Assembly (NCBI GenBank): GCA_030141605.1
Contig: JAQGDQ010000129.1
Coordinates: 194,781-258,780 of the forward strand
DNA length: 64,000 nucleotides
DNA from: Tubiluchus corallicola
Lineage: Eukaryota; Animalia; Priapulida
Direction: 5' to 3'
The position numbers and the translations under genes are program-made. Positions within the stretch are counted from its first letter, which is position 1. The number at the start of each line of letters is the position of its first letter. The notes beneath the pieces were generated by a model. The model was not told the DNA's origin, did not search any database, and saw only the letters and a program-made list of their open reading frames with translations. Below, one piece after another: positions 13,561-27,177 of this stretch.

Positions 13561-15096
13561 TCCCTTTTTACACACTTTTCTGTTTTCGTTTATATACTTT
13601 TCCATTCTTTCCCGTGTCTTTATAACTACACATATCTCTCTGGTCGTTGGCTTGTCTCTCTTTGTCTTCCCTTGGTTATCTTAATTCCAAAGCGTACATC
13701 TAAAGAAAATGGGCGCGTGTTTAACAGATGGCTCTGTGTTTGTATATAATTAAATTTTTTTATCAAACACAGCATGGCGTTGGCGAAGCTTGTTGGATTC
13801 CAGGACAAACCATCAAAATGAATGTGTTTCATGCCGAGCAATAAAACTGTCTTTATTGACATAAGTTCATCTTTGTAAAAGTTCCTCCTTTTCACCTCGC
13901 ACAAAGACGCGCATCTAGGAGTGGTCAATGAAATGCTGCGCCTTTGAAACGAACTGAAACGAGGCAAATTACTTTGTCACTCACGGTCTTCCTGTTTCGC
14001 AAAATTGAAGCCATAAACGGTAAATTTTTCCAAAAGACGTAAACACGACAGGCGGGAATTTTTTCACACATTTTATCCAGTCACGCAAGTGATACGAACT
14101 GCATCTGCAAATTTGTTCCACGAACAACCTTTTGTGTCTTGTTTGCCATTTTCAGAATATAAAATATTTTTGCAATAGAATTTTTTCTCTCTAATGAAAT
14201 ATAAAAATAAAAACATTTGGCGATAAGGTTATTAAAATAACATTTTTTTTCGTAAACTTGAATAGAACATTCGGCGGGGGGGGGTTGTGGGAAGGGTAAT
14301 GTCGTAAAAGTAATAGATAGCTAATTCAGAATCGCTTTGATCGTTTAGCTTCTGAAAAGGTTAAGTTACAATTTACCGCTTACAAAGGTTAATAAAAAAA
14401 ACATGTAGAAACATTATCAGATCAGAATTGGGACGATGTAGTTTAAAATTATGATAGGACGTGTAGCGCTTAAATAATGGCTAAACAAACTGTAACTACT
14501 ACAAGACTGGAAAACAGAATATTAAACAAGCAAAACAATTCTCATTGGATTACATTAATTTTATTAAAGCATTATGTCTATTTGTTTTTGCTTCGACCAT
14601 ATATAGTAAACTACAGCAGCTAAACAAAAATCCGCGGAAAACACAGTTACTTGAAGGAGAGGTAAGAAGTGATTACACAGAAGTGATTATCTCCTTCCGG
14701 GGTGAAAGAAACATGGTCATGTCGTTCTGTCATTCGGCGTGTCCTGACACATGATTCAATTTAGAGCTGGAGGTCAAGTTACTGTGAGATCTCAGCAAGA
14801 GTATCTAACGGATTTTTGCGAATAATTCAATTACCCACAAATGTAAGACGTCTAAGTGTTTGTCCTATTCCTTAGACCTAAGTAGTAGAAGCCCAGGCTG
14901 CCCAGCAGTGCTGCAATTAAGCTAAATAAATAGAAGCTGCAGCTCTAGATCAGATATCAGAAAATGCATTAGAGCGGATTATCCGTAATGTTATCGGATT
15001 AACAGAGAAAACAAAAATCGTTTTATATTATAATCTTTCACGCTGCATTAAAGCATTTCGACTATTCCACTATTTCTTTAACTGCATTCAGAATGC

Positions 15097-15278
15097 TAGG
15101 TCAATAGGTAGATGGGTAAATAGGTAGGTAGTAAGTAGGTAGGTAGGTAGGTAGGTAGGTAGGTAGGTAGGTAGGTAGGTAGGTAGGTAGATAGGTAGGT
15201 AGGTAGGTAGATAGGCAAATACGTAGGTAGGTAGATAGGTCGGTAAGTAGGTAGGTAGGTAGGTAGGTAGGCAGGCGG

Positions 15279-15346
<68 letters not shown>

Positions 15347-15390
15347 TAGGTAGGTAGGTAGGTAGGTAGGTACTAGGTAGGGAGGTAGGC
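15097..15390. repeat. Compound (TAGG)n-(CAGG)n-(TAGG)n tetranucleotide repeat
   Basis: Visible directly; explains the LPTY/LPAC repeat ORFs. Confidence 0.95.
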
Positions 15391-16784
15391 AATCAAGGAA
15401 ACAAGCAGGAAAAAGGAAGGAGGGAAGCAAACTAATAAACAAGCAAGCCTTGAAGTAAATAAAATAAGTAAGTAAAATAAATATGTAAAAAATCAAGTAA
15501 GCTAATAAGAAAATAAGGGAATATATGAAATTGCGAGTGGATAAATGAGTGATTATGTGAATCAGTCTGTAGGTAAAAAAGTAAGTAAAATGAAGCAGGC
15601 AAATACATAACTACTGTGACTGCTGCTTATACGGGGACTGCCTCCATATTCACACTGACTATTCCATAATCAATGAATTTTTCGATCCATCTTTTTGCGA
15701 ATCACCGTTTACAAAAACTGCAATTAATTTATATAAAACATAATTATACCTATAACTATGCAATGTGAAGTGTCTGATTATGTTACACCATTTTCTAAAA
15801 TCTAGGCAGAATGACGAAAATAAGACTTTAAAAGCTACCGATGCCTGATAAGGGCCAATTACAATGTTTCAAAAGCTACGTGCTTTGGCATTAAAGAAAA
15901 CCAAGTTAAATCGTGTGCTCATCATGACTGCATAACATCATTTGTATCTTATTAGAATTACTATCGATTCCTTGTTCTATATTCTAGAAATTGACTATAA
16001 ATGTTTCAGTTTTCTTTGGGAATTTATTCACTTTTGATAGATTCACCTGATATGATAATAATATTTCAAGGAAATGCTCGCGATGACTGTGCTGTTAACC
16101 TAACTTTAAGCTAGTTATAAGCTACTGCTAAACGACAATATAAGAAAATTCTAATCAGCTTGTCAAGACTTGGCAGATCGCAGCTTTAGATAACATGTTT
16201 TTATGTTCAATTAATAAATGTTTAGCCAGGGCTAGTAATTTCATTGCCTCGTCATAAAAGTGCCGCTCAAATAAATAGTGTAATAAACGCGTTAGAATAA
16301 ATTTTCGCTGAACACGCATGCGCGATGCCTGTTCTTAAAACTAAACATATCGTAATAAAATAATATAACGATAAAATTTTTGCAAATGCTTTGCACAGCC
16401 TGTGATTTTTAACTCTTTGACTGCTAAGACGTAATATACACAATAAAAAAACTTGTTACTGTAGTTAAAACGATCATCTTAAGCGTCACTATATGAGTCG
16501 AATTTCCCAAAAATGTCATTGCTACAATCAGGTTAGGAAAGGCCAATATCAATTTCTTCTGTTTTCATTATCATATCGTCATAATTGTCATCATCGTCAC
16601 TGCAAAAATTGCTATTATAGCTATCGTAATTATTCAGCCGTCATCGCCGTCGTTATCGGTTGTCATAGTCAACTTTGCTACTAATGGTAATTTATATTAT
16701 TACCATGTTATCAGAAATGCTTTTTCTGCTGTAAGCTTACTCATCATTATTTTCACTGCAGAACCAGATCAATCAGTTAATCAG

Positions 16785-17165
16785 CATCACCACCACACCT
16801 GCATCCACCACAACTACAACCACATCCACCACTACCATCACCACCACGACAACCATCATCATCACCATCATCACATCGTAACAACCACTACTATGATCAT
16901 TTCTGAATCACCTTCAAACAGTCCATTGTCATACATTTTAACACATATCATCACAACCATTGACAGCATCAACTAGATCAGTCCAGCCATAGTCACCATA
17001 ACCGATAGCATTACTGTCATCATTGTAAATATCCATCACAATTGTCAACATCTTCACCATTATCAACATCATCGTCAACATCACCATCATTATTATCACC
17101 ATCATTATTGTGGTCGTCGTCGTCTTTCATCGTCATCATCATCATCATCATGAGCAACAGCAGCA
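16785..17165. repeat. (CAT/CAC)n degenerate trinucleotide low-complexity region
   Basis: Visible directly. Confidence 0.85.
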
Positions 17166-20100
17166 GCATTCCGTTCATAGTCAGTATGGTAGAATCAATG
17201 TCATGCAATAAATATATTTTCAGTTTTTCCGGCGTTTATTGTCTATAAATTATAATATGTAAATTAGAAAGTTGTATTTATATCCCTAGGATTCCTTCCT
17301 GCTCCTTTACAAAAAGAAATTTTGTGTCAGTCATGTTCCCCGTTTCAACTTGGTATGCAAATATCATGAAATATGTCTCAACAAAACTGATGACGTTTCT
17401 TCAATGTGTCAATTTTCTTTCAGAATGCAAGTTTGGGACGAAGACAATTTGATCATTAAGCCAGAAGCGTGGTGAAAAAACACAGTATGTAGATGTGTTC
17501 TTCTTTGTATATTACTTATTAGGCGAGGTTATCTATATCAATTTTCAAAGATTTATTCATTTTACTTCACCGTGTACATGTAGAATATTAATTAGTGCAT
17601 AATAGCGTAAGGCATGCGTCTTAAGAATCTTTACTTTGGTCTTATCATATTATTAAACAAATATGAAAAATGACAAAAAATGGCCATTAACTTTAGTTGA
17701 CAGTATAGACGTTTATCCTGTATCTGTTCAAATATCTGGTAAATTCGCGATTAAGAGAAAAACGAAACTTGGTTAACTAGAAACAACGGAACGCAAAAGG
17801 ACAGAGAAAACAAAAACGGACTAAAAACGATACCAAACAAATTCCGTTTTGTCAAATTCTTTTGTTCATTAATTTATTCATAAAGATATGTTGCTAAATT
17901 CTTTACAAAGGGAAACTGTCTTGTTGTAATTAATATATTGCACAAATAATATTTCTACATTAAACTGTAGTCGTTAATCAGTTTAAAAACGTCATTTGCT
18001 TGTATAAACGACACCCTTGGGGACTGCATTCATTTTGGCGCCCAAGAACATCGTTGGTGTTCATAAATGGGACCTACTGGTAAAAAATAAAATAGTTAAC
18101 ATGGAAGTGATTTTCAAGTAATAGATTCCACAAGTAAGAGGTCCAAGGGAAAGTGAATTTAACAGTGACTAAAGTGCTTTCACAATGACTTGGTGGAATT
18201 TTTGTTTGACAAAAAAACCCAATTTTTCCGATTTCATGTGCTGTACCAATACGATTAATTTTAATCAATTTCTACCAAGAGTAGACATATTGGCAGTCGT
18301 TTTGAAGTTATGTTTTCTAGGACTAGGACATTTTAACTGCGCGGATTTTGGCCGATTTTTGTCATGAGCTACCAAAGCAGAGCTTGTACAACTCCACCCA
18401 GTTGAGAAAGTTTCTACTGCACTTTGTTTAGGTCAGACTTCATTTCTACCCGCCTATCACGTCTTTTAGTTGGGGTTGGTAAGACATAGGTGTCTTACTA
18501 TTAGTTACTAATATTCCTGATCTCTCATTCTTTTATTTATTTAGTTCAGATGATGACATATGACATATTTTACGCCTAGAATCATCGTACATAGCTTTAT
18601 CCTATAAATAACAAGTTGCTCATCGTATGAAATTACAGAAACATCACTTGAAGTTTCTGTGCGTAATAATTAAAGCCCTAGGTGGATCCAAGATCATCAA
18701 TTACCTAACAGAATGGCTTCTCTATCCGGCCTATTAGCTGTTTCGTTTTTCAGCTCTTTATACTTTTCGAAATAAATAATAAACGAGAAACTTGATCAAA
18801 AGCAATGATATTTCAATGCCAATCAATCAACTAATAAACGTATTTTCAGAGAGAAAACCTAATGCTTTTATTTATCTTGAAATATATATGTAATAATTTA
18901 ATATTTTGCTACTGTTAATAAATCTTTAACAGGCACAATTTACATCCATTTTACACCAGCGATGAATGTACTTGCCACATCGAGTTTCAAGGTGATTAAT
19001 ATTTCAATGCATTTAATCTAAAAATGAAAATGTGAGAGGATGTAATACAGTCACGAGATTAGTTATCACACTAAGCAACTTAATTAGCTCTAATCTGGAA
19101 ATTTCAGAAATTTTCTCCAACAATTCTAAATGTACTTTAGTCGCAAAAAATTCTGCAAATTAAAAATAGGGAAGTTTTTGTCTTTGAAATTACTTCATCC
19201 GATTTTAATCGAGCAGTAACAGGCAGTATTATACTTAAGTAATTAGCAGGCCAGGCATGTTATCTCTCTGCAATGTAACACAACCGGCAATGTAGTTAAC
19301 ACAAAGTCAAAGACAAATCTCTCTAGAATTGCTACAAGAAGAGTTACCTTTTAAACAACAGCAGAATACTAAAAAGGCCGGTCTTTAGCGTGGAAAAGAC
19401 TGGCTATTCTCTATCGTGCAAACAGTAGCAGAGGAAAACGTCTCAATAATTAGAACCTGTTAGTGTCAAAAAGATGTCTTTAAATTTGCACATTAATAGC
19501 ACGCAAGGCACTTCACCTAAACCTCGAAGCTCATTACATCCAGTAAACCATGATGGTAATTTAAATTTTGTACAGTTGGCTTTTTTTATTTACTTTGACT
19601 CATTTTTACATTATTTATGCGGTTTTAGATTTTTTTATCAGAAGCACTTAATTCATTAAGACGAATACCATCGTGGAAACAAAATCATAGAATTACTTAA
19701 CTAATTTCGTCACTAATGTTATTATGTATTTCGCTTTTCCATTCCCGAGAAATGATGTTATAAGCAGATTTGTAAATTGTTGTAAACTCTGATTCAAGAA
19801 AAACTTATAATAAACCCAATAGTATTGCGCCCAGCCGAAAATTACATTGGGTCACAAAACGCCTTCTTCGTTAATCCTGTTTAAGGCGGTTTTACCAGGG
19901 ATTTCAGCGGCTTTAATTTTCGTAATAAATTTCCACTAAACTTGTGAGTATATTGCGTTCATTCTTAACAGGGAAAAATCCTATAGAACGAAAATGGTAA
20001 TTATGTTGTCACTGTGATGATTATTTGGTACAAAATCTTGGGTACAAGAGATTAAAAAAATAAACTTCCATTTTTTGTGTATAATTTCTCTTAATAAAGC

Positions 20101-23100
20101 TGTTCGTTGTATATACAGCATATACCGGAACAGCAATAGGAGTAGAAATAACTTAATAAACTGACAAATTGTACACACACTAATGCTCGCTCATCTGTAG
20201 CTACAAAAACTAACCAGCAGAAGAACAGCTGCAGTGGCCTAACAAACAAAGGATAGTTATTCTAGCTTGTTTAAAGAATTTGCAATGAGTTTACTTCAAG
20301 CCATGTAAATGTCACTAATATCTCACGAGTAAAAACTATTCAATACGGGTGCGAGCGAGTTAAGGGGTGACTTAGTTTTACCCCTACCCCCCCCGCCCCC
20401 ATAATTTCATTAGCCTGACGGCCCCAAAAGACGGCCCTAATAACAGCCAGCATTGCTTATCATTTAGAGTGATTTCGATTTGTGTTGCGATAACCTGGAC
20501 CATTAAGCTTTTTACGATAAAGATGAGCTTGTACACAGATGTAAGCTACAGTCACCCGTAATTCGAAAAATATACGGTCCAAATCTTTCATGAAATCCAA
20601 ATTTTGTGTTAAAATAATAACAATTATTTAAATCAAGAGCGAAGCACAACTTACTCTCGTTTTTTTTTCAGTTACCTATATCAATCGCGTAATCGCAATT
20701 GATTCGCGTAATTTATTCAAATAATAATTGATCGCGCTGATACTGGAAAACATTCTTGCCAATACAAATTTTACTGATCGATAATGCTGTGTGTACAGCT
20801 TTGCAAAAATCTATTTCAGATCGCTCATAATATTCTAAACGTGTGATGCTGAGCTGCAAAATCTGGGCTTCTTCATATTTAAACTAGCAGTTCTCCACGT
20901 CTGTGTTCCTCTATGTCGTAAAGTGATTGGTATAGATGAGCTCTGTAAGATTTAAAGACCTCCCTATCTTATAAATTAAATATATAAGGTAATTGATGAG
21001 AATCTATACAAATTTGGCACATAGTAAAAAACTAGACAAGAGCCCCTGTGACACCCTTTACTTGACTTACTCTCTTTTACTGAGAAAGTGAAGTTAAGTT
21101 GTAAACAACCCCGCCGTTTGCGACATTTTTAACTAATTTTTTCAAACTTAAAATTAAACTTCAAACTTAAACTGCGCCACCAAAAGAAATCAATTAATAC
21201 AGTCAGTTTCAATGATATAATAAGTTTATTAGAGGTTTTTTAGGAACAAGATTCATTAAACGGGGATGCTGCAGAAATTAGGAAACATTAGTAAAAACAT
21301 ACGCAATTAATTTAGTTACCTGGTATTTTTAAGTATAACAGACTGTGATTGTGGTAATTTGATTATGAGAAAAAAATCGTGATAATAATAATGGTAAATA
21401 AAAACCAAAAATGTTATTATAGATTTAATTAAAATATTGAATCAGTTAAACAGCAAATAGATTTTATTTATAAAACTTCGAATGACTATCCATTGTCTCA
21501 TTGTCAGTGATTGACAAAATGTGGTAATTTAATGTGCAGAAATAAATCTGAAATAAAATAAATCATATAACCTAATGGCAGCGACGAAGAACCAGCAAAC
21601 GAGCAGAATAGTTAGGTTTAGTAACACTAAAATACACACTCATATTGACTAATGCAAATTCTTTTATTAATTAATCTTTGTTCATATTTTCGTCAAAAAA
21701 GCTCAGAATTAATTGCAGTAACTGCATTGAAATTTTGCGTATTTTTCTATTTAAAGGAGCACAGAAATTCATGTCATCATTTTCCCTAAGGCTTAAACCC
21801 CCTGGATATAAAAGACAAACTGCCACGAGCCATTAGCACTATTAATAGAATAGTTGAACTTAAAAATAACTATGCTAAAAAGCCTATTCTGCCTACTTGA
21901 ACATTTTTCTTACATTTTAATGATCAGCCAAATCTCAGCGTCTCTAACACGTTTTGATCCCTGCTGAAAGTACTTATTAAGCAACATTTCGAACCTCGAA
22001 GCTGTTTTAACATCTGCATATGGCAACTGAGTGTACTCGCTCTGTTAGGTTTCTTACTGCTTTGTAAAAAATTGCATTCAAATTAGGACGGAATGAGAAA
22101 AAGTGCTAATACGTGTGTCAGTCTCATCGTACTGGTAGTGACAGTGTAAACTTGACAGTACTTTCAATGTGTGGTATTCGTACTTTATTGCTGTAAAGGG
22201 CACAGGAGAGCTGCAAAACTTGAAGCGTAAGGATTGATTACAGAGATTGAAGCACCATAAGTCTGCTGCACAGATCATCTGGATCAGACGAGTACGGTGT
22301 GTCCGTCAGTGCTCAAATTGCTTTTATTGAGAGCAGCTATCTAGATTTCTGACATTGTCGCGCGTACCGTCTCTAGACAATCCGGATACAAGACTAAGAT
22401 ATAGAACGCCCTTACAAAGTGCTAAACCTATGAAAACTACTAAAAAATTCGTCAATATTTATTCGACTTTTCTTAATCAGATTAATATAGATATGTAAGC
22501 CAAGCTTGTTTTTCTTGTATATGCAATGCAGATACCATTTATTGCATTTTAGGCTCAAAAGTGTTGAACAAGTAGCATTTATACGACCTGTTATTTATAT
22601 ATCATAAAGTCCGTATTCAACCAGTCGTGTTTCGAAAGTTGTCTATAAGTGAAGGATAATCGTCGCGTGTTGTAACAACTAGTGTTCTTCAGGCAGTTGT
22701 CTGAAGCTTTCTTCTTTCTCCTCAAGGTGACGTTATTACCTCCATCCTGCATTTCTAAAATTTATCCAAGGAGTTGTAAAAGATGCTGTTTACGCTGACG
22801 ACTTGCTTTATCACACTTATAATATTATCTCACGGGACAACGGTAGGATTGATGGCTTGGATGGCTTTGATTATTACTGTGCATTCGCTAAGAGACCTTT
22901 GGATGTTTTTGTCATTGGCTTGTAACTTTCACTGTCAAAACTACGAAGCTGGTTACTACTATACTCGGTACAGGAAAATAACAAGTCTTGAAACATTTAC
23001 TTGCCTCAGTGAAATTATAAGGTATTCACAGTAAGCCTTGCAGTAAGCTAATAAACAAATCGGCTTATATATTTATGTAATCGATCACTAATCTAACTGC

Positions 23101-23195
23101 TAATTAACTGAAAGAAAACGGCTTTGAAAAATTATAGACAAGCAGGATTCGAACCCAGATTAATTAGCCGTCACATTAATGATGTATGCCGTTAC

Positions 23196-23447
23196 ATGAT
23201 TACCTATATAAAGCAATTGGTTTATTTGTTTATTGTGCATTTCTTGGGATTTCAGTGATAAAGGACGCAGTATAACAAAATTAATAGTATTTACTTAGCT
23301 GGGGTTTGACAGTTAAGAATATGATTACCTATATAAAGCAATTGGTTTATTTGTTTATTGTGCATTTCTTGGGATTTCAGTGATAAAGGACGCAGTATAA
23401 CAAAATTAATAGTATTTACTTACCTGGGGTTTGACAGTTAAGAATAT
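23196..23447. repeat. Tandem duplication, 2 x 125 bp
   Basis: atgattacctatataaagcaattgg...gacagttaagaat starts at 23196 and again at 23321; the copies are near-identical. Confidence 0.9.
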
Positions 23448-26400
23448 CACTCGAGATTGTACGCCATTTTGTACAAGTGATTTTACACTTATTTTGAGAA
23501 AACCCAATGTTAACAGTGGCTCCCCTAGATCGTCCTGAAATCCCCTATCAGTTTCACAATAGGTGGAAAAGATACTGCAATAATTCTTTTCAATTGTTTG
23601 AGTTAGCTTTGATCCAGTTACAACTGTCTGTGTGACTGCCCCTTGTAATGCAATTTAATTCAATGATTTTGTAATTTTATTAGTTTCGCGAGAGCGCCAG
23701 CTTTATAGTTTCTTTTAGTTTCTTTCCAAATATTGTGAAGCGGATTTTCTCATCAGTCAAGTGCGTGTCAAATCTGTCATATCTTGCGTGTTTTTCTCTT
23801 TTAACGATATATATCTTTGCTTGAGAGTTTAGCGCACTTCGCAAATTCGCCTGACCGTCAAAATATTTTGTGAGAAATCAAATCAGTAAAGAACCGTTGA
23901 CTTTTGAAACTTCTTTTTACTACATTTTTTGTATGTTACATTTTGTTTTCATGCTCGCCCATTCACGTTACTGGTTTGCTGAAGGACGTTTACTAAAAAG
24001 AAATTATTGTGTTTTACAAAATTTTATGAGACATGATTTCCATGCGAATTCCACATTAGGGTTGGAGTTTCCGGTTAAACGGCACTTCATTCAGGTATTG
24101 AACCACAATTCAAGATTCAAGTAGTAACCAGAATCAGGGATGCTTAACACAAATAATCAAAAACAATAATGTTCAGCGTCTAGAACCGGAAACCGAGCTA
24201 AACCAGCGGTCTTAGTATAGTCTGTACTCTATACTACTTATATAGGTTGTGAAATTAATTTTTCCTGGTAAAATCTGTGCCTCGTGTAACATGTATCACT
24301 TGCGTGATAACTCCTAAAGGCATTAGATGCTGGCTCGTGTATTCCTATTTTTAGACAATTCTGCACACTGCAACTCAGAATCCAGTATTACTGGCAAGGG
24401 CTCAATATTGGTGGTTGCAACCAGACTGGAACCTCGCTCATTTGCAAATTTAGGTCCCTCAGATGAGACAATGAACTAGAGGACGTACTTTAGTCACATT
24501 TAGAAGCGAACAGATGCTCCTTTTGTGAGGATCACTATGGCGAATAAAAAAACGGCACATAACAAGTAAACCCAATGATCACCGACCCATTCACTGATCA
24601 GCTTCTATCACCAAGCACGCCATATCTACTAGTATCCTAGTTTCCTTTTTTATCTATTTTATCTAGAACAAATAAATCCACACCTTTACATCATCGACGC
24701 AAATGATTTGTTGGTGCAACTGACTCGGTAACATATTTTATCTATATTGCCCTGCCGCGTTTAATTTATACAAATTTTATTGTAATTTTACAGTGATTTA
24801 CGCATCTCCTTAATCTCCTCGGCAGCTTACTGACATTAATTAAAGCTTGTCTCGGATCTGCGTTACCAGTGTGTTGTTATCTTGTGAAGAGATTTGCAGA
24901 ACCATCAAGAAAAACACGTAGTTTACCGGAATACAATTTTCATTGCGTTGTTTTCGCGGAAACAGTTATGACCTGGTCACAAAGGGAGTAATTTCCTTTC
25001 TCGTATAGTGCGAAAGCAGCATATTATTCTATCATATCATTATGCCCAAATGCCAAATTGAAATCATTGCCACCTCCCACAAATCGCCTCACCACTCCGG
25101 TTGCACGGCACTGTCACCTATCCAAAGGGAGTTGAATCCGTCATACTAACTCAAATCATTTATAGGACACGAAAAGGGTAAATCGCCTATGCATATATCG
25201 TACTTGCAATGAAACGAATTTTTGTTTGTCTTCATTTTATATCTTCCGTAATACTGTTCCCAAGTCGCCATTACATGACGTCACTACGCAAACATAAATC
25301 AGAGGAAGAAAAGGCAATGTTAAATTATGTCCCAAAAAACTTTGCATGCAAATCTGTATTACTCAGCTTTTCGCATACCTGCTGGAAAGACTTGTGTAAC
25401 TTGAAAAGAAAATTTTCAATTTTTTAAAATGTTTTCAGCAATTGGTAAATGTCGCTGGCTCGCCCTCCAGGATGCACCACTCACTAACCAAAAACGTGTT
25501 TTTAATCTTAAAATTTTACTCAGTTAGCGACGTGTGCGCTACGAATGCCCTGATTATTTTTGAAACAAGTTTACCACAATGTTATCTAAACTTGTTTCAA
25601 ATGACCTGTCATCAAAATGGCTGCGTCTAACGATCATCGCGGGAGTTTAAATTTACATGTTTTATACAGTGTGACGGCCGATTGAAGTCCCGTATATAAA
25701 AAGGCAAGTATGTGAGTGATATAAAATTTCAAGACGAATTTTTTCAAGCTTTACGTTTATGAAGGGTTGTCTTATGCCTTAAACAAATTTTGGTTTTAGT
25801 TTAGCTGGTTGCTACTGATATGGAAACTGTAATTGCAAACTTTACACATTCGGTTGGTATTACAAATTTAATATTGATAAAATTCATTATTGATTACCCA
25901 TTGATAGGGCTTTTAGATGATACTTCTTGAAATTGTCATTAACATACGCCCACTTTGCAGTATTATGCACTAATTGCATGTTGCATTTGGAACTGTTTTT
26001 GTTTATGGCTTTTACTTGAAATTAAATTGCAATAATTGAATTACAACAAGTGGACATCTACAACGAAATGATCTGTCTTGACACACGTGTTGATTTTTGA
26101 TTTAATTGTTGTTGGATGTCCGCAGACGAGAGCTTACCCCCAAACCACGCCCACGTGGGAATGTCAAATACGTGTCCTAATTTTTCTCAAAAATTTATTG
26201 TTATATAAAAGGGCTCAACAGTTGTGCTAGTACTAAAAGTAATCAGATGCTGACAAGCTTATAAATGTTTATTATTGTGTGCTGTTTATACAAAACATGA
26301 TAAAAAATATTCTACAACTTAACCATTCAGGTTTGTGATTCGCATATACATAAACTACTTGTATACAAACATAATAACATATATACCCTACTTGTTTTTT

Positions 26401-27177
26401 GCTGACTAAGTCGCTGAATAGCCATTAGTGCTAATAATGTTGCCCGTCAAGTGGGCGACGGTAAAAAAAGTTGTATTTGTCTTGAGTTATTTATTGTATG
26501 TATTATACACTGAAGCCATTGCAGGTGTTTATTTCGAGTGTCACCGTTCCTAATTCAGCTTCAGAAACAAAATATCATCACGCATTTCCATATCTCTTCA
26601 AATTATAGTTCTCAAAGATTTGCTATTAAGAATCCTTAGCACGACTGTGTGCTGTCGTCATTTTCAACATTCATAATGCTTTTCATCATGTTGAGTCCAC
26701 ACAGTTGTGACTATATCTGTTATGAAATCAGCAAGGCAAGCATAGCCCATGAAGAACAAGAATCGCGTTAGGGTAGACAAACATTTAAATCTCAGAAGCC
26801 ATGGTTCACTTCTGGGGTTAATGTGGATTCCGTGTAGTTTCTGAGTGGGCATTGTCTCCAATATCGGTATTGGATAGCAATCCATGTAAGACAACGTAAA
26901 TAATAAGAACAAGATTCACGGTCTATTGCCCCATTTACATGTGCCCGGAAGCCATGCTGCGTTTAATGTCCGTAATTAACATAGGCAATTTTATGTGAGA
27001 ATAAATTCAATGACATTTCAAGGAAACAGCCTCCTGAAAATTTTTGTAGCGTTATTAGCAAAATAAGGGAAAGACAAATATGCACTCTGTTAAAGTGTGT
27101 CTTAAGGCTGTTTTCTTTTGCGAAAATTAAGTGTTCAACGTATTTTCTTCATTAAACATAACTTCTTCCTTTTTCAG

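Noticed and set aside
24540-24720. PNDHRPI..SASITK fragment reminiscent of the region before a LINE RT domain
   Set aside because: Too short and too degenerate to support a call.
26664-26912. 82-aa antisense ORF just upstream of the GPCR
   Set aside because: Non-ATG start in the ORF track, no family signature and no flanking exons.
26-27000. Dozens of short 60-130 aa ORFs in the first 27 kb
   Set aside because: No recognisable domains and no consistent splice chain; many are translations of microsatellites.
27118-27177. 20-aa N-terminal extension of the GPCR in the ORF track
   Set aside because: It begins at TTG and is the polypyrimidine tract and acceptor of an intron.
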